The notes under the pieces were generated by a model. The model did no database searches and was not told the DNA's origin. It was given only the letters and a program-made list of their open reading frames with translations. A stretch of 64,000 nt of DNA from Octopus sinensis (Eukaryota). Within the stretch, counting starts at the first letter, position 1; each line of letters opens with the position of its first letter. The position numbers were made by a program, and so were the translations under genes. This document shows positions 22,860 through 35,513 of the stretch, one piece after another. The DNA lies in the NCBI RefSeq assembly GCF_006345805.1, contig NW_021836291.1:372001-436000 (forward strand), read 5' to 3'.

Positions 22860-24130
22860 TTCACGAACTCTATACCGAACTTATGGAAACTATCAAAAAT
22901 CCGGCCAATATTAAAACCTGGAAGACCGAAAAACGACCCCGGCTCCTATAGACCAATATCCCTTATATGTGTGCTGTCAAGAATCTTAGAAAAACTGGTC
23001 CTAAAACATATTCGCCCTTTCCTCCCACAATCCACATTTCAACATGGATTCAAGGAAGGATTGTCAACGACCTCCTTCCTCACCACACTAACAGATTTCA
23101 TAAATGAAGGACACAAAAAGAAGAAATTGCAGGAGAAATCAATTGTATGCACTATCGACATTCAAAAAGCGTTTGACTCCGTCCCAAGGAAGATCCTAAT
23201 TCAAAAGATATTTGGTACAAATATTTCTACACCTATGACGCTATGGATAGCGAAATTTTTGAGCGGACGTCGTGGGAAAGTGTGCGTCGGGAACGAGAGT
23301 TCAAGATCACGCTTATTGCCCAATGGTGTACCCCAGGGTTCTCCATTATCCCCGACCCTCTTCAACTTGTTTCTGAATGATCTCCCGGTTCCTATGGATA
23401 ATAATGACATACTACTCTCCTATGCCGATGACATAGTTGTCGCATCTAGGGATGTAAATGTCGAATACGCGAAGGAAAGACTACAAAGAATACTGGACAA
23501 CTTATATGGATGGCTATATGAAAACAGACTACATGCATGTTCCGAAAAGTCAGCAGTCACCCTATTCACGAAAAACAGGAAGATGGGGACGAAAACTATT
23601 GAAGTCACGCTGAATGGAGTCCCAATACCACAAAAGAAAACACAGAAGATATTGGGTGTAACGTTTGATACTTTCCTCTGTTTTTCACCTCATGTTGAAT
23701 CGATCGTGTCAACTTGTATAAAGAAAATCAATTTTGTGAAAGCCTTTCTTTGGACTGTGGAAGAACTTGTCCGCCAGGGGTAGAGACCCTTTACAAGCAG
23801 TATATCGAGCCAACAAAAGGCTATGCATGTGCTGCTTGGGGCTGTAACCTGGCGGCAACGAACCAACTAAAAATCGAGAAAATCCAAGAAAAATCCATAA
23901 ACCTACTGAAGGACCATACCGACAGGAAAATTGTCCATCGAACACTGGAGTCTCTTGTAGAGGCAAGTGGGAGGGATCGTGGAGATGGACCACAAGCATT
24001 TCACCGTACATACAGAAAGTGTGTGGGGTCACGGTCTGAACATCGTGAAAAGATGGCTCGACTGTTGAGAAGTGTCGGAATCACCTGAACACGTTAGTTA
24101 ATGGTTAAGACGGTGATTCTGAATGTCTAT
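22860..24130 (+). mobile_element. LINE family B (Ingi/Vingi-like RT), RT and 3' end
   Basis: IDIQKAFDS, GVPQGSPLSPTLFN, SYADD, ILGVTFD; near-identical to 57527-58510 in the opposite orientation. Confidence 0.92.
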
Positions 24131-24849
24131 TTAATAACTTTCCAACATCTATAAATAACACTGTCCAACATCTTGGTGATTTAATAAATAAAAATTAGAT
24201 ATACTCCCCCTGGTCTCCTTACATTTTTTACTTTGATTATGAAGACAGACAGAACAAAGAGTTATTGTCAGTTCTTATAATTCAAGAAAATTAAAACATC
24301 GGTTTTTGAAGAATTTCAACAACTATTAATGACAAATTCTCACTTTAAACTAAATGTTTTGACACAGATAGATCAATAATTAAAAAAATAAAAACAGGAA
24401 CCAAGATCTAGATTCTAGAATATGTAAACGTTTATATGTTTCCTCTCATGTTTTCAGATCTTTGAAAAATAAAAAAAACTCTTCAGTTGAACTCTTCTTT
24501 AATCAAAGTTGCCAATACCTTGAACCGTCCATCTCCTACGCCTGCGCCTCATGGGGACTGCTGATATCTCCGACCAACAGCGAGATGCACCAGGAGAAGC
24601 ATTAATTAGATTAACAGCATTCAATTTTGTTTGGATTAAATTTTCAATTTCGTAAATTGCATCATCAAAAAAATCCTTAGTACTCGAAATAAGTTACAAT
24701 TCGAAATAAATACTCAAAATTTTCTTGAGAGTGTCAGAAAGTTTCCACAAATTCACCAAGTTTGATATTCATAATTTTTCATTAGTTTATATAAGAATTC
24801 AGGATTAAAATTCTCACTCCAAGCATCACTCTAACAAAGCTGAAACAGT

Positions 24850-26040
24850 TTACGTTGCGAATCCACCTCAGAAAATCTTGCAATCAGCATCGTCATGCCT
24901 GTTTACGTTCTGCAGCTTTGCCACACTGCAATTCAGGGCTGAATGCTATGCCAATTGCTGCCCTCGGAACATTATTAGAGAATGACTACATGCGCATCGG
25001 TACTGCACTGAGACTCGGACTTACATCTGGGAACAACATCGTTGCAGATGTAGAAAAATTGTTGACGTCAAAGGTGTCTACTTACTCTCTTACAAACAAA
25101 GTGCTAGGCAAGCTTCTCGACACTCCGTTGTTAACAATGTTATATTACGAACTCTTGATTCAGTGGGCTTCCCCTCGGTGGTAGAGCTAGTGGACCTATA
25201 TCGTGGAGATCCTAAATATACGATTATTAACCAAAAAATAGTTTATATAGTCCTAGTTTTTTTTAATATTGAAAAGAGAAAAGTTTAATTTAGATTAGTC
25301 GCCGAGTGGAAGGACAGGAAATTTTCAAGCGATATCCATTGAAAAAGCCAGCTCGTTTCACGATTGTCGTGACTTTTCAAGATGATTTAACCAATCTTTG
25401 AGAGGAATTTGAGAGCTTTTTGGCCAATTATGCTGCTGGTTTCGAAAGTCAGAGTACAAAGCAGCAAGTGTTGACTAAGGAAGCATACTTTGCGGTTTTC
25501 TTAGTTTCAGCATAAGCGGAGACAGATCCAGGGCGAGAAGCAGAGTTTATGAGCGATTATGAAAAAAAGTCGACGCAGGTATATCCTATACAAGGGCAAG
25601 TCCCATCTCGAACGGAAATATTGTGGACTCGTCAGGACGAAAGACAAACAAAGCTGAGACTGCAAAAGAAAAAAGCAGCCATCAAAGCAAAAAAGTTATA
25701 CGCCTAAAATCAATAAACAGAACACAAGTGTGTGGACTCTTTCTTGCCTCAGAACCTGCCGATATCCGCATCCGCCTCTGGATCTATTGTCACAACCGCG
25801 AAATGCAAAAAGATGCGGAAGTACTCCTCACTTACGGAGAAGTTCCAATTCCTTCCATTCGCGGTTGAGACTTCCGGTTCCTTGGGCAGTAAGGCAATCA
25901 GCTTTGTTCAGGAGATCAGGTCCCGCATGTCTGCTATCACAGGCGACGCCCGCGAATCAAGATGGTTTTTCGAGCGGATATCCCTTGCGATAGTACGCTC
26001 TAATTCTTTCTCGATCGCGTCGGCTTCCCGTCCATGAAGC
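24850..26040 (+). mobile_element. CRE-like LINE 3' region split by a ~500-bp unrelated insert
   Basis: Left piece LNAMPIAALGTLL...GLPSVVELVDLYRGD; right piece CVDSFLPQNL...KYSSLTEKFQFLPFAVETSGSLG...ERISLAIVRSN. Confidence 0.85.
25220..25710 (+). other. Gene-like segment inside the CRE fragment (possibly spliced, no start codon)
   Basis: Protein-like frame ...EEFESFLANYAAGF...DPGREAEFMSDYEKK...KLRLQKKKAAIKAKKLYA* followed by AATAAA; both internal stops lie within short GT...AG spans. Confidence 0.35.
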
Positions 26041-26490
26041 TTTCAAACACTTGACAGAATCCTTTTTTTCGTAATAAACAAATTCCGTACAAAAAAACAC
26101 AAGTCAAAATAAAGAAAATTGAGTCTTTTAAGGATAATGCAAAATGTTACTAGGTTTAATAAGGACGAATCGAAAGACACTAGCCAAAATTGTTTTCAAG
26201 AAAATGGATAGTCGGCATATCTGTTATTTTTGAAACCGATGAACATGTATGGGCCTGCGAACGCAGTCATGAAGGATCACTTAGCTTTGGACCCACTACA
26301 CTTTAGAGACCGACCAATGACAACATTGTCCTTGACGAGGAATTCAAAAGAGGATCACAACATGTTAAGCGACATGAAAATGAAGAAAGTGCACCAGGAT
26401 CTGACCTATTGCGCTACACACGCTTTTTCGTGACCGATAAAATCGCGTAGTGCTAATAATTTATAAATCATTCGTTCGTCACATTTGATA

Positions 26491-28197
26491 ATGATACTGT
26501 TTCTTATATTTTTATCATCAATTGGTTCAATTGTGCCCAAACCCTATTCAGCACGAATAAATTATCAACAAATGTTCTTCTTGAATGTTGAAAATCTAAA
26601 TTTCGACACTATTTTTAACAATTCTTGTTTTGTTCTCAAATCTGCATTTTCTCGCTATACTGATATTATTTCGAACACTCAGCTTAAGTGCAATCCTCCT
26701 GTCAATGGCTCCATTAATGGGGTCACATCAATTATTAAAATAATTTTTCCCGGAAAGTGCCAAGATATTCCTGAAGTAGACATGAATGAAAATTGTATGT
26801 TTCGTGGGAAATAATGCAGGCAGATACACTCAATATTATTCATGGAGAAATTACCATAACTTCTCAGTCAGTATGGGGAATCTTGCGAGGATTAGAATCA
26901 TTCAGTCAGCTGATTTGTCGCTTGGATAACGGAAAAGTTGTGATGCAGTTAATAATTACAGTTTCTTGTTCCAAACACAAATATTTTTGACTTTCCTAAG
27001 CATTCATATAGAGGAATGCTTTTGGATTCCTCCCGACATTTTTTGCCCAAAGAAACGATAATGAAGAACTTGGTGTTAATGATTTTAATATGTAGGACGC
27101 AATGGCATATAACAAAATGAATGTACTTCACTGGCATATTGTCGGCAACGAATCATTCCCGTTTGTCATTGACAAATATCCTGACTTTAAAAAAGTTTTA
27201 TTTTATAATCAAATCCAAAGGGAGCGTATAGTCCCAAATTAGTTTACACAGCTGATGACGTAAAAGAAATAATTCAATATGCAGGAGTAAGAGGAATCCG
27301 AGTAATTCCTGAATTTGGGATGCCAGGTGCAGACTGTCACTTTATAATGAAAAGATAATGCAAAGTCCTGGGGGTATGGTTATCCAGAGTTATTGTCCGA
27401 ATGTAAAAATAATTTACCAATGATGAATCCGGCTAAAGAAACAACATATACTTTTTTGATGGGACTAATAACTGAATTGATTGAATTATTTCCCGACAAA
27501 TATTTTCATATAGGAGGAAAAAACATTGATTTGAACTGCTGGACAAATGATTCATATATAAAAAACTTTATAGATCAGAAAAATACTCGAGCGGACATAA
27601 TTTTGTTCTTTTTTATCAAAAGGTCAGTTTCTATTTTTGCAAATATTAGGATTGAAGAAATGTTATGTAATCGTACAATGGTATTTTGGGGGGACTCCTT
27701 ACAATATTTGAATAAATATATAAATGATAGCCCTTCAGAATACCACAAGCTCAAAAAAGACTCAATATTTCAGATATCTGATCTCAGTCTAGTAAAACAA
27801 CTAAAAATAATTCCCCAACTGATCATATCGCTTGACCACGACCAAGAGGATTTGTATGAAAAAATGAACGATATGTTACGTCTGAGTCTTTAATTATTAT
27901 TTTCAGAATGTAAAAATATAACTGAACAAATAATTGGTGGAGAGATCATTGTGTGGGGACAAAAAATTAACAAACAAAATATTCTACCAACTATATGGTT
28001 ACATTCTTAAACATGCATAATTAGGCCTCGGACATCTATTGCCGCAGAAATCATGTGGAGTTCAGTCAAGACAATTAGTAACATCAAAGTCAGAGAAATT
28101 GAATGTAGACTAAATTCGTTGGTGTTTTTAATATTTTTTTAGTCGTGGAATTCCCGCATCTCCGATCACGGGACCATCTTTTTGTGATTACTTATAA
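26491..28197 (+). CDS. GH20 beta-hexosaminidase (HexA/HexB-like) homolog with catalytic residues substituted; signal peptide
   Basis: [64 protein letters not shown]...WPR..AAE.MWS, RGIP...FCD. Multiple mini-introns. Confidence 0.9.
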
Positions 28198-28329
28198 TCT
28201 CACTATTTTTGAGAGGTACTCTAACTAATATGGACTTAATTCTTTTCATCTTTCCAAAGTTTTACAAAACTCAACATACCGATTTAAAAAGTCAATTAGC
28301 AAAACAGCAAACGTTCCGTACTGATGATA

Positions 28330-29650
28330 GATAGGTTTATTTGCATAAAGAGATACCGGACATAAAATTAAGAGCCAGTAATAGGCCTTACACACTTAGA
28401 AACTATTGGAACTGACTTTCGTCAAGGTCTCCCACATTGGAAAAGTTTCGTGACTGCTCGGTATTTTTTCTGTCAGATATACACCAAAAGCCATTTTGTG
28501 CGCTAATTTCGTTTTTCCAGTAGTTTTATAATTCTTGCCTTAGAAGGGTTCAAGATCCACACTTCAAGCTCATACATCAGAACAGGAAGAATAGCTACCC
28601 GGAAAATTAATAACACAGTGTCCGAGAGTAGGCGAAATTTGATTAGGCACATTATAATTTGTGTACACCGTTTTTTCCTTAGGATAATGCCTTTCTCACA
28701 CCTTTCATTTTCAGAAAATTGGACTCCCAGATACAAAAGCGATTGGGTCTTCAGAATAGATTCAATCGTATATGGTAAGGTTTTTACACTTCTTGATACT
28801 CTATTGACAGTGACAGTCAAGTACTTCACTGCCATCCACTCTTTTATTCGCTCTAAATAGATTTATAGTTTCATTTCCAATTGATTCTTTTTTATATGCA
28901 GTACTGGCCTTCTATAAATGATTATCTCCATTATATTTGATGTAGACCAAATTAGGACTTCTTCAGGTTTCTTAGGTTTTGGAACGCACCTTCTCTGGAG
29001 ACTGAAATTGAAAAGGTTTTTGAGCAAACACCAAACAATTTGTTGCATGCTGGAAGCAAACCATTGAAATCTTGTCATACTCTCGGGCCACATTTTTGAC
29101 TGGCCTTATTTCTTCCCAAATCTCAGACTCAGTAATTTGTAACGTTTCAATCTGCTTGTGTAGTTTGCTGAAGGAGACTTTGGTAAGGAGGCAGATGGAT
29201 TGCGGAGAAGTTCGGTAGTTTCTTCTTGACTCGACAGGCATCTTCCCAGAAGTCTCGAACGAATTACTTCAGCCTTTGTTTGGGTTCCAGTTATTTTACT
29301 GTAGGCTTTTCAAAATTTGGGGTGTTTTGGATGAAGCATTTTTGCCTGGCGTAACCAAGCTTTTCAATTTGAGATGTATGACAAAGTGATTTTTCAATAG
29401 CACTTATTCTTGTTTCAGTAGAGTTCTGTCTAGGGGATCCCAGCATCTTTTAAGTTTCGACATAAGTCTATTTTTTAAAGACAATGTTTTTTTCATAGAC
29501 CCCGGAACTATTTGTGATTTTCTGTTTTGAGTAAATTTTTTAAGAGTACTTCTCCATGAAGCTGCTCAACATGCTTCTAATATAGTCATCTGTTCTTTCT
29601 ACTGCATCTTCATTCTACTCGACTGTCAAACAGGAGTTTTCAAGTGCAAA
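28330..29650 (-). mobile_element. Decayed LINE (RT thumb and upstream linker)
   Basis: LLYLGVQF and ILPVLMYELEVW; many stops. Confidence 0.6.
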
Positions 29651-29699
29651 GGAAATAAATAGTATATAGGAGACCCAGTCCGTTTTTGGAGTTCTATAC

Positions 29700-30210
29700 T
29701 GCAAAAAATATCCTCCATTATTGTCGGATACAGCATTATAGTTATGTCAGATTGTATTGAGCAGTTCGCAGCAAGTATAGAAGTCTTGGCAGCATAAGGT
29801 TTACTCTGAGCATGAAAAATCTGTAGTGAGTATCAAGCAGCATGAGTTTATTTGTAAAATCAGTGACCAATTTGGACTTCATGAATTGGCTTTGGTTCAT
29901 GGGGGTGGCCAAGAAAAGAACATCATCAATGGGTGTGGTTGTCAGCCCCGGCAGGCGAAGATGCAATTTGCTTAGTGCGAAACCGAATTTTTTGGGCGAA
30001 CAAGAAATATTTATAAGCCTTTACTTCCAGTCAGATTTCACAAAGGGTGGGAATTATGTTGAAAATATCCTCAATCATAATATCAGCGGCCCCCTCCCGA
30101 TGGTTGCATCATCAAGATACCACAGGATGAAAGTAGACTCGGCTTTGTGTACGGCAGAGTCAATACTGAGAGAGAAAAGCAGTGGACCGATAGGGTCGCA
30201 CTGATTCCTA
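29700..30210 (-). mobile_element. CRE-like RT fragment
   Basis: QCDPIGPLLFSL...WYLDDATIG...LDTHYRFFML...PRLLYLLRT. Confidence 0.8.
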
Positions 30211-30599
30211 GAAAGGGCACATTATTTAATTTCCATTGATAATAAAGATATTTAACAGAAGATTTAAACGACCATGGTTGCGCACATATTAGAATAAATT
30301 ATCTTGTTTTAATACTTTTATACTTTTAAGCGATTATCGATCCCACGACACAGGCACATACTCAACTGTAGAGAAGATGTGGATTTAATTCAACACTAAA
30401 AAGTGGCATGTAGCTAACCCAAAGGTATCCTCATTTCTATAGAACAACACGTCTTGTATTCGTAATTCTGGAATATATTTTTAAAAAATCAAGTTCAAAT
30501 TAGAAGATTTTCCGAGCTTTGACGTCGAAAGCGCAAGCATTAGTGTTGACGCTTCAAGCATTAGTGTCGAAGGTCTAAAAAAGTCGAGGTTCTATTTAT

Positions 30600-30714
30600 T
30601 AATAATTGTCGTATGTCATAGCGTCCGGGCTGTTGATGTTATCATGTGATAAATCAGATTTATCAGCTTGGACGGTATCAACAACCCGGAGACTATGACA
30701 TACGACAATTATTA
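30600..30714. repeat. Fold-back/MITE-like inverted repeat
   Basis: Arms of about 38 bp (aataattgtcgtatgtcatagcgtccgggctgttgat / atcaacaacccggagactatgacatacgacaattatt) with about 4 mismatches; internal palindrome gataaatc-a-gatttatc. Confidence 0.85.
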
Positions 30715-31176
30715 TTTCCTGCTCGACAAAGGAAACATATTTAAGTATTTTCCGATAAAAAGAGTCACTGAGTTCAATCGTTATTTTATTTATCTTTTTC
30801 AGGATTGAGCCATGTTTTGATATTCACTTATTTTTTTGTTAGATTTTCTATTAATTGAACGATCGTATATCAGTTTTTTTGGTTGATAAAGATATAGACA
30901 AAATATCTTATCTTATCAATTTTCGTTCCAACTTTCTTCTCTTTGCTATTGATCCGCCTCCTTGGAAAAACTCTTGCTTATATGCAAGAATTAACTCGGA
31001 AAACCTTATATTGTAGATTTATTCTTATATTTATCGAACGAAAATGTGAGATTATTTTTGAAAGATAACATGATTAATACTTATTTTATTAAATAAATTT
31101 CAGTTTATTACTTTCAATTATATTTTATCACATTGAACAAATATAATTCAAAAAAACATAGCGTTATCTTGTGGTC

Positions 31177-32764
31177 ATGTCTGAGCGCCAAGAAAAATAT
31201 AAAAATGAAGGGAAATGCAACGTTTATGTTTAATATCAATATTTCCAGGACCTCCGTCGTCGTAGAAATGAAGCATTTGTTGAACTGCGAAAATCAAAAC
31301 AAGAAAATAAGTTTTCAAAAAAGAGGAACATGAACGACACGCCCAGTTCAAATGCAGAAGAAATACACTCCATGGACGTTTGAATTAATAAAAGTGATTT
31401 TATAGTACATCAAGTTCGAGGGAATTCTTGCAAATTTGCCCAATTGTTCCCTGGACGAACTTGAACAGCACTTGGAGACAATCCGCCTCAAATTGTCGAT
31501 AATAAATCCTCCGCTGGACTTGATAATGAAGCACAACGTCATTCCAATCCTCGTCAGGTGCTTAACTGAGTTTCAACGACCGAATCTCCAATTCCGAGCG
31601 ACCTGGGCAATCACAAACATAGCTTCCAGCGACTTTGAGCATACGAAGGCCGTGGTGGATTGTCAGGCAGTCCCACACCTGATTAACCTCGTTCGGCCGG
31701 AGTATGGGACTATCGCCACTCAGGCTGTGTGGGCATTGGGGAATATAACGGGGGATTGTGCTCAATTCCGAGACTTGTGTATTCATGGGGGATATATGGA
31801 CGCCCTTCTGTCCCTCATCACCACAGACACTCAAATTGATAGTCTCCGGACATATTCGTGGGCGCTTTCAAATTTATGTCGCTACAAGGATCCTCCTCCA
31901 ATGAAGGAAGTTATTCTGAGAGTCCTCCCCTACGTGCGAGGAATGTTGTGTTCGAATGATATATTGACCATCGTGGACGGACTGTGGGCTTTGACATATG
32001 CTTCAGACGCGAGCGAAGAGTACATCCCCATTATAATCAACAACGGTATGCCTTCTTTTTGAGAGTAGATTTTATTCCTATCCTCAAGAATATTTTTTGT
32101 ATGGATTTGAATGAATTCTATCCTCCTCTTATTCGTATATTTGGGAACATATCCTCACACAAGGACCACTCTTACACTCAGGCTATTCTCGACAATGGCA
32201 TGCTTCCTCTCTTGATTCCTCTTATTAATTCTCCTACCGTAAATTTCAGAAAGGAGACGATTTGGTTCATGTCTAATCTTGCTGCGGGCACTCAGTCACA
32301 AATACAGTCCTTCATTGACGCACAGATTCTTCCTCTCATTTTTTCCCGTCTCATTACTGACAAAACAGTCGTCAAGACAGAGGCCTGCTGGGTTTTTAGG
32401 AATATCCTTTCTGGCGGGACAGTCGATCACATGACCTATGTCCTTAAAATGGATGACTTTGTGCCACAATTGTGTCAGCTTCTCCTGATTGGTGATTTTG
32501 CTCTGCAGGTGGACATTTTAAAGTGCATATACGCAATGATGTGTGCTGCACATAAGACGGGACTGTTTGAACAAGTCGCCATTGAGGTGGAGACCTGCGA
32601 CGGTCTTACTCTTATTGAGGATTTACAGTATTCTGATTCGATCAGAGTTGCCAACTTTGCTGCTGCCATCATTAAAAAACATTTCTCGGTTAATTTATAT
32701 TATATATTCCTAGTCTAATGAAATGTCTCTTGATGCTGATACTTCTTCTACTAATATGATGTGA
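31177..32764 (+). CDS. KPNA: Importin subunit alpha (karyopherin alpha)
   Basis: IBB domain DLRRRRNEAFVELRKSKQE...KKRN; ARM repeats ATWAITNIAS, QAVWALGNITGD, SWALSNLCR, WFMSNLAAG, EACWVFRN, GLTLIEDLQ. Confidence 0.95.
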
Positions 32765-33405
32765 CGAGTTCTTTGATTGCTGTTTGAAATTCTTTATTAC
32801 TAAATTGTTTTCTTTATTCCTATGATGGGAGCCTAAGTACTCTTAAAGTAGACAATTATCGTGACTGTGGTGAGGTGTGATCAACGAAAATCTCAGATGG
32901 AAAATAAAGAACGAAAAGAAGACGAAGTGGAAAAAGTCAGAAAGGACAACTCATGCATGTCTCTTTTGTGGACAATTGAATATCTGGAAATTCAACTGCA
33001 CGCCATGTGAATCATTTGCCCACTTGGGCTGCATAAAAATGAGACGCAGTCGAGTTGGCTGTGCCTCTTTTGTATTAGAAAGGAGGTCCCCCGAAAACCT
33101 TGCTCAGCCAAATTTTACACTGCCACATACTGACCACATTCTCTTGAAGATCTTGAACCTCCGGAAAGTCTGGAAGATCCCAGTATAAATCCCTAAAGTA
33201 GTACAAATTGCCACAGCAACGTGTCTTTCAGATGCCATTGAACTGTCCTCTGACAGTTGGGAAGCCTGGCTAAAACTTATATGCCTTGGATCTGTCGCAC
33301 TCGGAGTATTTACAACGGAATGAGTAACAATCATAAAGAAGCAAACTCCCGGCTCAACTTAATTGAAAGGAAGCAAAATGAATTTTAGCAGTTATAAGTT
33401 ATGAC

Positions 33406-35284
33406 TAGGGCAATTTTTTTCAGGCACTTAAAATTTATTTTTAGGACCTTAAAAATAGGCATTTTAGGACTTTATTTTTAATTTTTAGGACTTTATTCTA
33501 CATTTTTAGGCACATTTTAATAAGGTATTAAATCAAAAAGTCGTAAAAAATTATTTGTTATAGTAAGGTATTAAATAATTTTTGACATTTTCCGCATTGA
33601 AACCTCTATCTTTAGTAATTAATTTTTTAAGCATAGAAAATGCTCTTTCAACGGTTGATGATGTACACTGACATTTTCTTATTAGTCCATATTCTTCAGG
33701 GGAGATATTACTTTTCTCCATTTCTATAATTGATTCTATGTCATTTTTGTGTAATCTTTTTTGTATGTATTCATTTATTTCTGCATTATCAGACGGAAAT
33801 TTTAACAAACAAAGATCTGAATGTGCATCATTTATTGTATAACTTGTGGATTCCATTTTTTTCAATATTTGATTAAGTATCTGATAATTTTCATTTATTT
33901 CCATTAGACTTTTTCTTAAGGTTGGCGATTCAATTGCTTGTTTTACTTTTTTAACTAATATTCCGTCGTCTTTGAAATTCTCCACAATTTCAGCAATTGA
34001 TACAAAATTATTTGCATAATAGTATGCTGCTTGCAGCCAACTACCCCATCTAGTTATGATGACGTCGGGCGGATAACCAATTGTAGAAAACATTTTTTTT
34101 CTAGTTTTGTTTTTCACTATTGATGTCTTTATAGTCGCAATAAGATTATCAACGTCCGAATAATACGCCTTTACTCTGAGACAGCAATTATGTAACAAAT
34201 GTGCAACACATGTTACATGGAACATCCTAGGATAAAGCATTTTCAATGTTTTTCCGGCTAAAAATAATTCAACAAACTACCCAAAATCATATACGGGGCT
34301 GCATCAGAAAGAAAAAGAAGAAAATTATTGCGTATAATCTCGAATTTTTTAATCTCTTCATCGATAATCTGAAGAATTGTGTTAGCAGTTACAGATTCAT
34401 ATAAAGGTTCACACGAAATTAAATAGGTCTTCTCTGGATAAGCGATATTCCCAATGAGAACAACTACAAACTTCTGTCCATTTACGTCACCCTCGTCAAC
34501 AACCATAAAAATCTTTTGAGATCTAAAAATTAATCATTTGTTAACCTTAGATCACTTTTATACTTGGATATTTTTGTTCACTGATTGCAGGAATACAATT
34601 GCGACAGGCTGACTGGGAAGGAAGCGAAATATTCAATTTTTCAAACAATCCCTTTAAGCTTGGATTATTGAGCTTATGAAGAGGAATGTTTGCTTCAGAA
34701 AAGGCTTTGGCAACTTCCATCGGCATACTCTGAAAGTCTTCCGTTTCGGTTTGACCGTTGAATAGGGAATCTAAGGATTGTTGGAATCCTTCATTGTTAT
34801 CTAAAAAAAATAATTTTAAATTACTCAAAAGCTTTAGATGTTTTGTAGATTGTCTATGCTGATCAATATAATATTTTTTGATGCATTGACGTAGATCATA
34901 CATATTTTACAATATAGACTGCCTTTAATCACTGTGAATTCTTTTACGTAAGTTTCATAGGCTTTTAGAGCTTTAGACTTTATTGTAGAACGTACACGTG
35001 GCATTTGAACACAAAAAAGTAATTTATAGCGTGCCTAATTTGTTATTTTTAAAATATTTTTTTGTAACATTTAAAAATAATTTATTTTAAAAATTTTTAA
35101 GACCTTAAAAAAATTTTTAGGACCTTAAAAAAATTTTTTAGGACCTTAACAATTTTTTAAGCATTTAAGGCATTTATAACTCGTTGTAGATAAATCTATT
35201 TTAATTAAATTATAGCTTAAATTAATTATTTAAATAAATAGACCTTTTGGTGCAAAAAGGCATTTTAGGCAAAAAATTGCCCTA
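33406..35284 (-). mobile_element. Full-length hAT transposon (CGGBP1-like transposase), 1879 bp
   Basis: 14-bp TIRs TAGGGCAATTTTTT; perfect 8-bp TSD gttatgac (33398-33405, 35285-35292); ATG 35004; YCKIC..H..H finger; D (VVDE), D (SDAA), E (VERAFS); HVTCVAH; two 23-nt introns; two -1 shifts in A-runs. Confidence 0.93.
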
Positions 35285-35513
35285 GTTATGACTCAAAACA
35301 TACACTCAATACTTGAACATCTGTTTAATGACAATGAGGTCGAAACCTGAGGATATCGCCGACAATCTGAAGGAGAGAGTAAACTAGAAACTTCTGGAGG
35401 GCGACGTGTGGAAAGCCGTACGCGTTATCAGGTGTGATAACACAGTACCCCCGAGGTCATGAATACCTTAATTCTGAAGCAGACAGATGCACCGACTGAC
35501 TATGAGGCGGAGG

